From Hydrolagus colliei (lineage: Eukaryota): DNA of 64,000 nucleotides. Each line of letters opens with the position of its first letter. The stretch's first letter is position 1. The translations under genes and the position numbers were made by a program. The notes below the pieces were generated by a model, which made no database searches, was not told where the DNA came from, and worked only from the letters and a program-made list of their open reading frames with translations. Positions 1 to 12,755 of this stretch are shown here, in pieces. Location: contig CM068745.1 in the NCBI GenBank assembly GCA_035084275.1, forward strand, positions 21,142,001 through 21,206,000, read 5' to 3'.

Positions 1-990
1 GTTATTCATTGAGCAACAATAAAAACTTGTAGTTATAACACCCTTCACGCAGGGTAGCATCTCAGAGCGCTTGACAGTGGCTGGCTCAAATGGCATGTCA
101 TGATTTCATGCTCTTTCCCAATTTGCAAAGATTCTCTGGTGATAGTTTTGAATGTGAGCATTATTACAATTGAGTGCGAACCATGCTCCACGAATTCCCG
201 GAAAGATTTCTCTGTTTTAGTGGATTTGCTATTGTGTTCTGGTCTCTGAGAGATCCATTCCAATTTGCCTGAAATTTGCATGAATTAGCCAAATTTGTAT
301 CCAAAGACATGTATGGAAATGGACTTGCTTTTACTGCAAAAATCAGAATTCAGCTGAAGAGAAGGGGACTCACTGTTGCTCACATGACAGGAGGTATTTT
401 TGGATGACATCTACCCAGTACTTAATAGGTTAGTTACAATGTCCATGTCTGGTTCAAACTTACCTGTATGAGGGGACATTTACAACTACAGTATTCTTTT
501 AAAAGGCACAATAAAATTGGTCATTTCAATCCATGATTGTTTGTGGGCCACTGCTGTGCACAATTGGCTGCTGCGTTTCGACAAGTATACAGTCAATTCA
601 CTTTACAGTATAGGTGAAGCTCTTTGAGATGTCCAGAAGACGTGAATAGTGCTGTATCAAATGCAAGGATTATTATTATTATTTCAATAAACCCGAATTA
701 CAGCTTGTAGTTCCTGGACACCAACTTCACAGTATATTCTGTGAAGCGCTTTGGGACATTTGATAAGATGTGAAAAGTACTATATCAAATGCAAGGATTA
801 TTATTATTATTATAACTTGGAAGTGTAGTCAATTGTCGCATTGGTTTGCTCCAGTTTAGAAAATTGGTGGAAGATCAAAATGTTGACTAAAATATGTAGA
901 ATTTATTACTATTTGCATTGTTTGTGTTTATTGCTTATATTGGGTGTTGCTTGTATCACACTGGGATTTGCCTGCAGTTTGAATAACATA
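1..990 (+). mobile_element. Decayed hAT (SPIN/Charlie, GTF2IRD2-like) transposase, C-terminal part, interrupted by an L2 tail (about 17-85) and SINEs (about 505-812)
   Basis: Broken frames read FMLFPNLQRF...LHEFPERF..F....DPF, MEMDLLLLQ and YPVL...MSMSGS (cf. hAT dimerisation-domain SMFGSTYLCE). 86-180 aligns by eye to 34258-34350 and 850-990 to 34420-34572. Confidence 0.65.
505..812 (+). mobile_element. Two 5'-truncated Deu-type SINE fragments in tandem
   Basis: Core ttgtgggccactgctgtgcacaattggctgc and tails ...ctatatcaaatgcaagg(att)n ending near 685 and 812. Confidence 0.8.
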
Positions 991-1069
991 TGGATATAAT
1001 GAGGCTTACATAGATGGTTACTTCAATGTTGGTGACAAGAAAACGGTTCAAAGAGGATTAGAAAATAAT

Positions 1070-1335
1070 AAAACTAATTCTTGCATTTGATATACTGTCT
1101 TATCATGCCATTGAGATGTCTCAAAGCACTTCGCAGAATATACTATAAAGTGGATTGTATTGTCTGTTATGGGCGAAATACAGCAGCCAATCATACATGG
1201 TAGTTGTATAAAAATATTTTTATATATACTATATTTTGCCCACAAAATATACAGTCAATTCACTGCACTGTATACTCCGTGAAGCGCTTTGTGATGTGAT
1301 AAGGTACTATATCAAATGCAAGGAATATTATTTTT
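1070..1335. mobile_element. Head-to-head pair of truncated SINE 3' ends (minus about 1070-1200, plus about 1235-1335)
   Basis: cttgcatttgatata... on the left and ...ctatatcaaatgcaagg on the right. Confidence 0.75.
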
Positions 1336-2289
1336 GTTTGATGTATACTTATATACATATAAATAACATTAGTTGGTCCCGTAATATGAAGAGAACAATT
1401 GGAGGGAGGAAAAATAAGCTCCAATGTTTATGGCAGTCATGCATTATTATTCAATTGAACCCAATAGATTAACTATTTTGAATGATGATGAGATTTGTTT
1501 ACTACGCAGTGGAAATTCACTCTTTTAGGCCAGGTATTTTGGTTTACTTGGGTTTATTATCACTGGTTTATTTTGCCTTTATTGCTTTGTTGACCTCTGA
1601 AACTGCAGGGATGGCCTCATTCTGGAGTTATCCTCCGTTTTGAGATACTTAGTTACTTAGTTACTGCTACTGGTTAATAGAGAATAAGTTATTTTCTAAT
1701 TTGCTTGATTTCAAGGTCCCTTGATTATTTTGATATAATAATTTTCTCTCGGTGTTTATAAAAAGATTGATGATGTTGCTACATGCATTGTGTCTCTTTA
1801 CCCCACATAAATGTTAGGTACTGAGAGTAGCAATGGCAAAATTCCTCAGTGATGAAAATTTCTAACAAAAACTCTTATTCTAATAGAAAAATGCTTTTAA
1901 ACATGACATTATTTTACAGAGAGTATCTGACTGCTCTAGTGCACTTTCAGTCATATCTTTATAAAATGCAATGAATAACTTATGAGCACTGTTTAGTATC
2001 TTTGCAGAGCTTAGCATTTGTTGACACACATATTTAAAGTAATGGTAACCAGCAATGCTACATTATAGTTTAATACATTTTAAAAAGCTTAAGGCATATT
2101 GAATAATCCTTAATTATTCTAATTCAATAGAGCTATGGGAACTCCTGATTGTTAATAGTTTAGATAGATATATTCTCTAATATAGATATTCATACTGTGC
2201 TTTTTAGTTGAATTTTTAACCTAGGCTGTAAATAAGGTGGTGAAAGACAGGTGTAATTTCTTGTAAATGTATTCAACTCTCAGGGTTGT

Positions 2290-2600
2290 CTGACACTCCA
2301 TTTGCAGTCCTGAGGTGGGGTGTTCCTTTGTTAGAGTTGCTGTCCCGAAGATAAGATATCAAACAGGCCTGTTAAAGATCTGACAGAACTATTAAGAGAA
2401 GGAAATTTCTCCAGGTATCCTAACTAACAATCCCCTAAAAGAAAATTAGGCATTTGTTTCATGCCTGTTTCTGGGACAATTATGTGTACAATTGAGCTGC
2501 TGCCTACAAATGCACAGTCACTACTTTGTGGTAAAATCTAGTGAAGCGTTTTGAAGCGGACTTGCAACTTGCAAAGGTTCCATACCAAATGCAATGCTAA
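2290..2600 (+). mobile_element. Old SacSINE1/AmnSINE-like Deu-domain SINE
   Basis: Degenerate Deu core (gctgtcccgaagataagatatcaaac...ttctccaggtatcctaactaac) and tail gtgaagcgttttg...aaatgcaa. Confidence 0.55.
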
Positions 2601-4138
2601 TTGTTTTTTCTGATTATTATAGATGCATTATATATATGTTTGAACAACTGAACGGTAGAAGAATTTCATCCTATGGAGTTCTCTTGGTCTTTGTCATGGA
2701 GCTTGGGATGGCTGGGAAGTCGATTTATTGAATAGTCAGTGTTTAGTCTTTAGTAAGAGTGTGGCTGATAATTTATAGCCCTCCTATGTTGCGCTCAGTG
2801 ATTGGTGGAAGACAGTTCTGCTCTGTAGGACTTCTAGAATGGAACCAGATTATTTGCCACTTCCTCATTTGGAGGTTAAACAATTCTTGGAGGCTAAATC
2901 AATGTGTTGTGTTATCCACATACTAATATGCAAAGTTTGCCACAATGAAGGAAGAGTATTTTTGCTGTCAACAATACAATTGATGTGCTCTAAGGGAACA
3001 TTATTTATTGATAAATGGGGACAACAATCATGATCCTGGAATTGCAAGGATTATGGCTTTGGCCTTCGGGCTGCTGCCCTGAGTGGTAGAATCAAGGGAG
3101 ATAAACAGAATCTATGCAGGAGTGTATTTATGTTACTGCTGTCTTACTAATGGTCATCTGTTATGGAGTGTAGATTATTTGGCATTATAGGCATGGAGTG
3201 TGAATGTTAGCCCATATTGCTGGGTGTGGTTATGCATTTACCCCTTTACATTTTACTATTCGTCCTCTGTTAACTTGCTATCATCATCTTAGGTCATAGC
3301 TGCAGACCTATGGTCAGTCCAAGTTTGGAGGAAGTAATGTGGAAATACCAAGTGTTTTAATGAATGAAGGTTGCCTCGGTGGGCAGAGATTAGATGGAAA
3401 TTGTAAAGGGGAATTAACTGGATGGCTTTACTAACTGAAGCTGAGAGAAACTGTACTCACTCAGCTCCAGTTGTCAGGCCAGGGAGAGTGAGAAGTCAAG
3501 CTTGAAAATGTAGAAATAAAGAGGACACTTAGGAATGCTACCACAAGGAAATGGCAAACAGAAATTCAATTCAATTATCATACAAATGAAGCTAGCAAGG
3601 TGATTTCTCCTGAAAATAATTGAAAAGTAAGAATTCTTATGAATCAAAATGGTAATTAAAAATCTCTCCTATTGAATTGTTTATGGTACTTGAGTTTTTT
3701 CTTAAACATATCGAGTAGAGTCCCATTAGAATTCACTGTTATTTCTGTAATGAATGACAGTTGTTAGTATGTGAACTGACTACTTTCAAAGCTGTATCGA
3801 GGAGCTTGCTTCCTTGCACACAGAGATATGAAGGCCACATAGCTTTGATGTATGACTTTTGAGATTTGATGATGAGGTTCAGAAACTCAATTAATTAACT
3901 CGAAAACTGCATCCCTGTTGGGAAGTCAAGATTCCATGTATAATATGGAATTCCATTCTAACAAGACAAATAATTCTGCTGTAGAGTTCCATTATCCTTA
4001 ATTTGAGAGCTGCTTTGAGTTTTAAGATTATTTCAAAATAAATCAGAACAGTAATGGGTTTGGGGGTCTTCATTCCGGTTAGATCATTTGAGACTTGAGA
4101 TAGCTGCAAATTTGAAGCATTCTTCATTATTATGTATT

Positions 4139-4468
4139 GTGGAGCTCCTGTGGCTTAGTGGTTAGAGCACTTGTCTTGCAGGCTGGGGAGACCAAACTGG
4201 GGAGACCTGTGTTCGAATCCAGGCAGGTCAGGGCGAAACCTTGGGCACACTCCTAATAATAATCCCTCCAAAAAAAACTACAATAATAAAATTGGTCATT
4301 TCAATCCACGACTGTTTGTGGGACACTGCTGTGTGCAATTGGCTGCTGCGATTCGCCCACAAATATACAGTCACTTCACTTGATAGTATATTCTGTGAAG
4401 TATATTTTGGGACGTCGATAAGATGTGAAAAGCGCTATATCAAATGCAAGGATTATTATTATTATTAT
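4139..4468 (+). mobile_element. Near full-length tRNA-derived (Ala-like, CTTGCAA loop) SINE with Deu-type 3' half and L2-like tail
   Basis: A box tggcttagtgg, B box gttcgaatcc, (ATT)n tail; many sister copies in the window. Confidence 0.9.
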
Positions 4469-4796
4469 GTAACAACTAACGATTACATTTTGAAAATAAA
4501 ACATATTTAAAATAATGATCATTACATTTTGATTCCTTATAGCACCTTTCATCTTAGGAAGATGTCTCCAACTCTTCATAAGATATTCTTTGAGGTATAT
4601 GACTTCATATATTGTAGATAAAAAAGAAACTTCTTGTTTTCTATGATTTTTCTTACTTTTAAAATCAAATCAAATTATGTATTTTGTTTATTTTAATGTC
4701 TTAATACTGTAATCTGATAAATCTATAATACACCCTCCCTACATGAAAGGTACTATAGAAGTGTAAATTGTATTATATTGTATAAATATTAAAATA

Positions 4797-4990
4797 CAGG
4801 TAAACCTCTATTTAGGACGGGGTTGCGTTCCTGAAAAACGGTACTCAGATCGAAACGTCCTAAATTGAAACATGGTTTCCCATGCTGTCCCATTACATAA
4901 CCCGAGATGCGTTCTTTTCACAAAATTTTTGGACCTTAAACCCACTAAATAACACACAAAATTAAACACATTGGCAAGAAGGAGTATTTG
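4797..4990 (+). mobile_element. Possible Tigger/pogo-like DNA transposon left-end fragment
   Basis: TA|CAGGTAAACCTCTATTTAGGACGGGGTTGCGTTCC start, locally CpG-rich; no matching right TIR found. Confidence 0.4.
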
Positions 4991-5831
4991 GAGTAACAAT
5001 TTAGTACTTAAAGTGATGACATTGCGGGTTCTCTTGCTGCAGCAGTAATGCCGCTATTAAGATGACCATTTTCAATTTATATTGGAATTCTTAACCTGCT
5101 CAGATTGAGAGCAGGTTATCTAAATTTTAGATAAGGTTATCTGAGGATATTTTAGCTCAGTTTATCTAATTATCACCTTTGTGGAACTGGGGCTGCATTT
5201 AGAGCATGTTTTCTTTCTGTACACTTCGCTTTGATTTGTCAAATTATTAAATTTTTATTGTGGTCAGGTATGACCTCTAATGTGTAGAAGAGGATCTCAA
5301 CAAAAACAGTTGATACTATTCACTTTATGGGGTGGGCGGGGAAACAAACTTGAATATATATCTGGTTGACAACAGTCTGTGAGGAAAGAGGGTTAGGTGC
5401 AGATTGAAATTATTCCATGAAAAGCTCATTTCTCTCTTGGAGAGTGTGTGTGGGTAGAAGAGATTGTGATTGTAGAGGAGGGTTGAATTATGACGTTCGA
5501 AAATCATTATGGAGATTTTGTTCAATGTATTGGGTACATTTATGTGGAATCTTCCCTTGCTGATGGTGTGTGGGAAGTCCATGATAGACTAAGTATTGTG
5601 AAGGTGGGAGCTGGCAGTTGGGCTAATTGTCCTATTCTTGTTTTATGCTTTGCTTTTAAGTCATTTTTAATGTTGCACTACTAATTAGAATCATTCAAAA
5701 TATGATGGTCTTTGATTTCATTACTGTATTTGGAACAACTGAAAATGATTTATTTTAATATGGTTTATTTAAGACTATAGCATACACCATTTGCCAGTTT
5801 AACACGGCCGCCGATAGTGGAGCGGAGCATT

Positions 5832-7225
5832 AGACCATAAGACCATAAGAATTAGGAGCAGGAGTAGGCCATTTGGCCCTTCGAGCCTGCCCTGCCATTC
5901 AATAAGATCATGGCTGATCTTCTGACCTAACTCGAATTACCTGCCCCATGCCCATATCCCCTAACCCCTCTATTTAAAAAAAAAAATCTTATCAGTCTCA
6001 GCCTTGAAAATGTTCAGGGACTGAGCATCCACAGCCTTCTGGGGTAGTGAATTCTATAAATTCACTATCCTCTGAGTGAAGAAATGTTTCCTCAACTCCG
6101 TTCTAAAAGGCTGACCCTTAATTTTAAGACTGTGACCCCTGGTTATAGATTCTCCTACCAGGGGAAACAGTCCCTCACTGTCTACTTTATCCATCCCTTT
6201 AAGAATCTTATATGTTTCAATAAGATCTCCACTAATTCTTCTGTACTATAGAGAGTACAGCCCTAATTTATTAAACCTATCCTCATAGGTCAGTCCCCTC
6301 ATCCCAGGAACTAACCTAGTGAATCTACACTGCACCCCCTCTAAGGCAAGTATGTCCTTTTTTAAATAAGGAGACCAAAACTGCACACAATACTCCAGGT
6401 GCGGTCTCACCAAAGCCCTAATACAGTTGCAGCAAGACTTCCCTCCTCTTGTACTCTAAACTTTTTGAAATGAACTCTAACATGCCATTCGCCTTCTTAG
6501 TTGCTTGCTGCACCTGCAAAGTAACTTTTTGAGACTGATGTACAAGGACACCCAAATCCCTTTGAATACTAACACTATCTAACCTCTCCCCGTCCAGAAA
6601 ATAATCAATTTTTTTATTTTTGTTACCTAAGTGAATAATTTCACATTTCCCCACATTGAATTCCATCTGTCACCTACCTCCCCACTCCCCTAGCCTATCT
6701 AGTTGTATCTTGTTGCAATCTTTTTGCATTATCCTCAGAGCTCACTCTCCTACCTAGTTTAGTGTCATCCGCGAATTTAGGCACGTTACATTCAATGTCC
6801 TCGTCTAGATCATTGATGTAAATTGTAAATAGCTGAGGCCCAACCACTGATCCTTGTGGCACTCCACTAGTTACATCCTGCCAATTCGAGAATGACCCGT
6901 TTATCCCTACTCTCTGTTTTCTACCAGTTAGCCACTCATCTATCCATGTTAATATGTTCTCATTAATCCTGTGGGCCTTGATCTTGTGCCTTTTGTGTGG
7001 CACTTTATCAAATGCCTTCTTAAAATCTAAATATAATACATCTACCGGTTCCCCTCTATCCAAACTGCTGCATACATCTTCAAAAAACTCTAAAAGATTA
7101 GTCAAGTATGACTTCCCTTTTGTAAAGCCATGTTGGCTCTGCCTAATCTTTTTGTGGTTTTCCAGGTATCCCATAACGACATCTTTAATTAAGGACTCAA
7201 GAATTTTCCCTACCACTGATGTCAG
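5832..7225 (-). mobile_element. 5'-truncated CR1 LINE inserted into L2
   Basis: RT motifs [40 protein letters not shown]; 3' tail (tcttatgg)n; ATT repeated at both junctions (5829-5831, 7226-7228). Confidence 0.92.
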
Positions 7226-8333
7226 ATTCAGGGAACAAGATGGAGGCTGGACCCAATAGAGCGGCGCAGCGAGTAATGCTATGAGGAGAGAGAAGGTTAG
7301 AGAGGTAGGAGGGTGCCAAGTAGTAGAGGGATTTAAACACAACAGTGAGTATCTTGAAGTTGATCTACTCTGTGACAGGGAGCCAGTGCAGTTTGGCAAG
7401 ACCTGGGGTAATCGGGGTGCAAAGTTTGGTCCGGGTGAGAATGTGGGTTTCAGAGTTTTGCAAGAGCTGGATGGAGGGGAGACTGGCCAGGAGGAGTTTG
7501 GAGTAGTCCAGCTGAGAGGTGACAAAGGCATGGACCAGCGCTTTGGCAGCTTTTGGGTTGAGGTATTGACGAGACGAGCAAAGTGGTAGAAGAAAGCTGT
7601 ATTGGTGAAGACTAGATGTGGGGGAGAAAAGATATCTGGAGATCGAACCTGACACCTAAGTTGCTCACAAGTTCAGACAGGTCAGCTAGGTTGAGGAGAT
7701 CGGAATCAAGGGGACAGAAGATGTCAGGGAGCCAAAGAGTATGTCTTCTGTCTTGTCGACTTTTAACTATAGGAAATTTGCACTCATCCAATTCTTGATG
7801 TCTGACAGGCAACTTGAGAGAACATCAGGGGTCTGGGATTCGCAACTGTAGGTGAAAACATAGAGTTGGGTGACATCCGCATACATGTGGAAGTTGACTC
7901 CGTGTTTGCAGATCATATCATCGAGAGGGTACATGTAGATAATAAGGAAGTGGAGGGGGCCAAGGCTGCATCCTTGGGGTATCCTGCAGCTGACTGGGTG
8001 GAAGCAAGAAGACAAACCATTTGCAGAGATGAAGTGCTGGCAGTTTGTGAGCAAGTGTGTGCAGTCCCACTAAGGTGAATGGTGGACGACAGGAAGTGGT
8101 AGAAAATAGAGTGATTGACTGTCAAGCGCAGTGGAGAGATCCAGGAGGACAAGGAGGTAGAGGATGTGTTAGAGAGGACATCGTTTGTGACTTTCACAAG
8201 CGCTGTCTCTGTATTGTGGGTTGGGTGGAATGACTGGATGGGTTCTAGTGGTGTTTGGAGGTAGGAGTGTGCCCAAAGTTGGTCAATGCGCACCAGAGCT
8301 TTTGCAAGGAAGAGCAGGTTTGAGATAGGGCAG

Positions 8334-8649
8334 TAATAATAATAATAATAATCCTTGCATTTGATAAAGTTCTTTTCATGTCTTTTAGATGTCTCAAAGT
8401 GGTTCACAGAATATACTGTAAAGTGAATTGACTGCATATATGTGGGCAAAACACGGCAGCCAATTGCACAGAGCAGTGTCCCACAAACAGTCATGGATTG
8501 AAATTACCAATTTTTAATGTGTTTTTTTTAGGGATTATTATTAGGTGTGTGGAGTAAGGAAACTTGCCCAAGGTTTCACCCTAGCGGGTATCAAACCTAG
8601 TTCTCTACTTGTAAAGCGAGTGCCCTAACCACTGAGCTACACGGCTCCA
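8334..8649 (-). mobile_element. tRNA-derived SINE inserted into L2
   Basis: Reverse complement of the 4139 family; (aat)n at the left, tRNA-like head at the right. Confidence 0.88.
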
Positions 8650-10102
8650 GTAGTAACCACGGTTGGAATGGATTGAGTGTAGGTTTTTTTAAGGAGGTGG
8701 GTGATGATGGCAGCTTTGAGGGGGAGTAGGACTGATTCCTACTCAGGAGAGTAACCAGTTAATGGTGCCTACTAGCAGTGGGTAGAGGAGGGGGACCTGG
8801 GTGATCAGCAATTGGGTGGAGAGATAGAAGAGGCAGCACGTGGTGGGTTTTATATTGGTGATGGTGGTTGAGAGGGAGCAAGGAGAGATGGGGGGAAATA
8901 AATGTAGGATGGGGGTCGTGGTAGTAGCTGATGGCAGGGTTGGTGAAGGAGATAGAATGGGGGTAGTAGTGGGTGACACGGGGCAGAAAGATGAGGCTGC
9001 CAGGTGGATGTTGTAAATTTTGAAGATAAGGAACTCCATGACCTCTTCGCACATCTTCAATGCTTGAGTGGGTGCATGGAGTAGGTGGTGGACGGTGGAG
9101 AATAGGATTTTGCAAAACATACCTTTACAATTCAATTCTGTATGTCTATGTGTTACTGCGAGTATCATGTTTAATAGATTCTTTCTTAATATAATCTCTT
9201 AGCTTGGTGAACTAGGAATACTTCTGTCAGCTTTTTACATTTTAACCAAGGAAGTGTAAACCAACTTTTGCATTTTAACCAAGGAACACTAATAAATATT
9301 AGCTTGTGATTAAAATCATTGTTTGTTTAAAGCAATTGAAACTGACAAATTGCATGGGAGAAGATTTTGCTTTAGATTCTCTTCCATTAAAGATAAAGTA
9401 AATTCCTTTTTCATGCCGCTTTTTTGTATTTCTCATGGACACTTTTAGATTTCTATGCTCATTTTTTCAACAACAGTTGCACTAAATTTAATTCATTTCA
9501 TTAACTTGATTTAATCATTCACAACATATCCAGTCAATTCACTTTACAGTATATGTGTGAAGTGCTTTGAGAAGTCTCAATGACATGATAGAACACTATA
9601 TCAAATGCAAGGATTATGATTACTATTAATTCTATAATATTCTGAATCAGCCTAGATCTGACCTTGACCAAATTCTGTCAACGGTTTAGGAATAATTAGT
9701 TTTGCAGTGATCATTAATTTTGCCAATTTACACTCTGCAAAAGCAGATGGTGATCCGCCAACACAGAGCACCTCTACGAGTAAAGGAGACCGATTCAATT
9801 CCCTGCTGCTACTTATTTGCTGGTCTCAGATACATGTTGTGATGAAGTGCTAATCAATCTCTTTAGGTCCCATGGGACTGGACAAAATAATACGGGATTG
9901 GAGGGATTATTGCCCCTGAGCAGCTCATATGCATATTCTGACGTAAAGTGGTATTTTAGATGCTTAGTAAAAGTTACCCACCTTGCGTAGAATTGTGGAA
10001 GTTGGATCAAGAAGGCCATTCAGCTTTTTGAAAGAGTAACCCATTGAGTATCAAATCTTGCTTGGATCCCTTATGATTTCTGTGTCTGATTACCCTTTAA
10101 AA

Positions 10103-10389
10103 CAATGGTTTCCAACCTCAGGTCCTGACCCAAATCAGGGTCGCGGGGAGGTCCTCAGTAGGTTCGTGAGGGGTCACCCATTTTTTTTAATGTTGAAAAT
10201 GCTTTTTTAACTCTTAAAAAAAAGCTTTTAACGCTAAACAAATGCAATGCTGACCAATTTATTTAACGAGGGTATTTACGAGATAACATTTTGACTGAGC
10301 TGAGTGTCAATCGCAATATCGCCCTCTAGTGGTGGAGGATCTGCTGGTGGTTAATTTGGGTCGCAGCAAAAAAAGGTTGGGAACCACTG
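10103..10389. mobile_element. hAT-Charlie-type MITE (287 bp)
   Basis: TIRs CAATGGTTTCCAACCT / AGGTTGGGAACCACTG; perfect 8-bp TSD CTTTAAAA (10095-10102, 10390-10397). Confidence 0.9.
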
Positions 10390-12557
10390 CTTTAAAAGAT
10401 ACTGTGGAATTTGCTCCAAACATGTTTTTCAAGGATTGCTTGATTCCCCAAACCACTCAATATAAATTAAATTCTCCCAAATACACCCTTAGTTGAAAAC
10501 TCATCAAGTTTTGCCCTTTATTCACTCACCAGAGGGATTAGTTTATCCTTACTGCACAATCAAAACCCGTCGTAATTTGGAATATATGCAACATATTTTT
10601 TCAACATTCTCGCTCTAGAGAAAGTGGGCCTGATCAATGGCTAAAATCGCTCATGCTTGGTATTATTCTATTGAATTGCCTTCATATTTTCTCTATGGTC
10701 TTGACATCTTGCATTTGTGATAACAATCCATACATTTGATATAGTGCCTTTTTTATCAGGAGGATGTCTCAAAGTGCTTTTCCGTAAAGTGTGGTGATAT
10801 GTGTATTTTGTAGATTAAGTTACACATTAGGCTTTTGAATTGATTAATTTTATAGGCCTACTTTCTTAAGTAACTGCCTGAATTGGATACAATACAACGA
10901 CTGACTAGATCTATCCAGTCTCTCTCAGTCCCTCTCTCTCTCGGTTGGTTGGGAGTTAGAGGAAGTCAATGGGCTGGTAGATGCCGGGAGAGCTGGGGCC
11001 TGTCCCCAGTCTCCCTCTAACAAATGAGTTACAAAGGTTAACAGTACCTCTTTCCTTCTGAAATCAAATGTCTTTGTAAACATAGGATTAACATTAGTTA
11101 GCTTTATTTTTAGCCGCTTTATCAATTGACACCCTCTTAAACGTGTGTGCACATTAGCTCCTTACTATTCTAATCATTTGAAAGATTAGCCATTTTAGTT
11201 TTCCTCAGTGTCTCCTTTCCATGGTCCTGATCAATGCCTTGCATATTTGTCTATTATTCCCATGCGACTCTTGACAAGTGTTTTGTTAACAAAATATACA
11301 GTCAATTCACTTCACAGTATATCCTGTGAAGTTCTTTGAGACATCTCCACGATGCGAGAAATGTTGTATCAGAAGTAAGGACTTTATTATTATAGTATTA
11401 CGTTTGTATTGCCAGGCTATTTAACTGTGGAGTATTTCACAGCTGATCATGAACCCTCCCTCCCCTGTCATCACACATGTGCATCTTTCAGCAGGAATCC
11501 CTGAATTACCAGGAAGAGAAATTCTGGCTGGTTTTGTTTTTTCCACTCAGAATCTCCAATCCAAGCGATACAGAAGCTAATTGTAGTGCACAATGATCTT
11601 TTGGTCTAGTAGTTCACCTGATTGAGCAGAGAGTGGGGGATTCAATTTACACCTTTCTGATTTGCAGGCCAAATATTGTTCCAGGTGATGCCTTTACTCT
11701 TCAGACAATTGGTCTATTTAGTTGATATTATCCGGTTATGAGTTGCCCAAGTCTTGCTTGACTACTATATATTGTAAAATGATTTTGTACCTGTTACAGC
11801 TAATCATTTTGAACATTTTCTTCTCCTCCACACCCCTATGTAACTATCATTTATTAGAACTTCTTGTCATTCTATCCGTGTTGTACCTACTTTACCTGCC
11901 ATCATTAATGTCAGATAATTACCAATCTGTTTTACATTTCATTACCAATTAACATTTATATATCGCCTTTCAAGTCAGGAGGACATCCCAAAGTGCTAAG
12001 CATAGCTGCCTGGCTACCTGAGTTGGGAGTGGGAGCCAAGTCGTAAAGATGACCAAAGCCACGGTCAGAGAGCTACATTCTGGAGCTGTATTCTATTGTT
12101 ATTAACAACAATAACCACCTGGCACTGAAATTTTCTGTTTTCAGGAAACTTGAAAGCAGCTCTGATGCTGATCCAACAGCTTTGCCATTACTAATCTCAA
12201 TCGTTTCATTGCTGCACCTTTACATAAATAATTTTACTGAAGTGTTTTGCAATCGGTGGATGCGATCCAAGCATGACATTAAATCAGGGATTTCTTGCTT
12301 TAGGGAAAACACCAATTTATTGTGTTCAATTCTCAAAGTATTTTAAGTAAATAGATTTAAAAAAATTCCTTACACATTGTTTCCCCTTTTGCAGTGTTTC
12401 AACTTTCTCTTTTATTATTTTTCTGAAGTGTTGTATGTTGCATGTCAATTGCAATTGCAGTTCCATAAATTGTGCAAACAGGTAATGCGTTGTCTTACTC
12501 CAGTGACTGTAAAGTCCCTCAAATGTTAAACACTGAAACGCATATTTTGTTTTCCAG

Positions 12558-12755
12558 AGTACCTTTAAGTTCAAATCAGAGAGTGACATCCATCTGGCTG
12601 AACACCATAAACAAGTACTCTATGATGGGAAGCTGGCTAGTAGTATAGCCTTCACATATAATGCCAAGGCTACAGATGCACAGCTTTGCCTTGAATCATC
12701 ACCAAAGGAAAACCCTTCAATTTTTGTACATTCCCCACATGCACTAATGTTACAG
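12558..12755 (+). CDS. NBEA: Neurobeachin internal coding exon (198 nt, phase 0-0)
   Basis: tttccAG|AGT ... CAG|GTttg; translates [66 protein letters not shown], recognised as neurobeachin. Confidence 0.95.

Larger units (their letters stand above)
5803..9115 (-). mobile_element. L2 LINE remnant (ORF2 RT and C-terminal region) interrupted by a CR1 (5832-7225) and a SINE (8334-8649)
   Basis: Minus-strand peptides [64 protein letters not shown]; gagcggagcatt|cagggaacaag rejoins across the CR1. Confidence 0.9.

Noticed and set aside
4139-4225. tRNA genes at SINE heads (also 14353, 15928, 18373, 31906, 59036)
   Set aside because: A and B boxes are present but each continues into a SINE body and tail and lacks a proper acceptor stem
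6695-7531. 278-aa RT-containing ORF as a novel gene
   Set aside because: Chance read-through across the L2/CR1 insertion junction at about 7226
12145-12345. Cryptic exon after ttttctgttttcAG with one open frame
   Set aside because: No similarity to neurobeachin that I recognise and no convincing donor; needs RNA evidence
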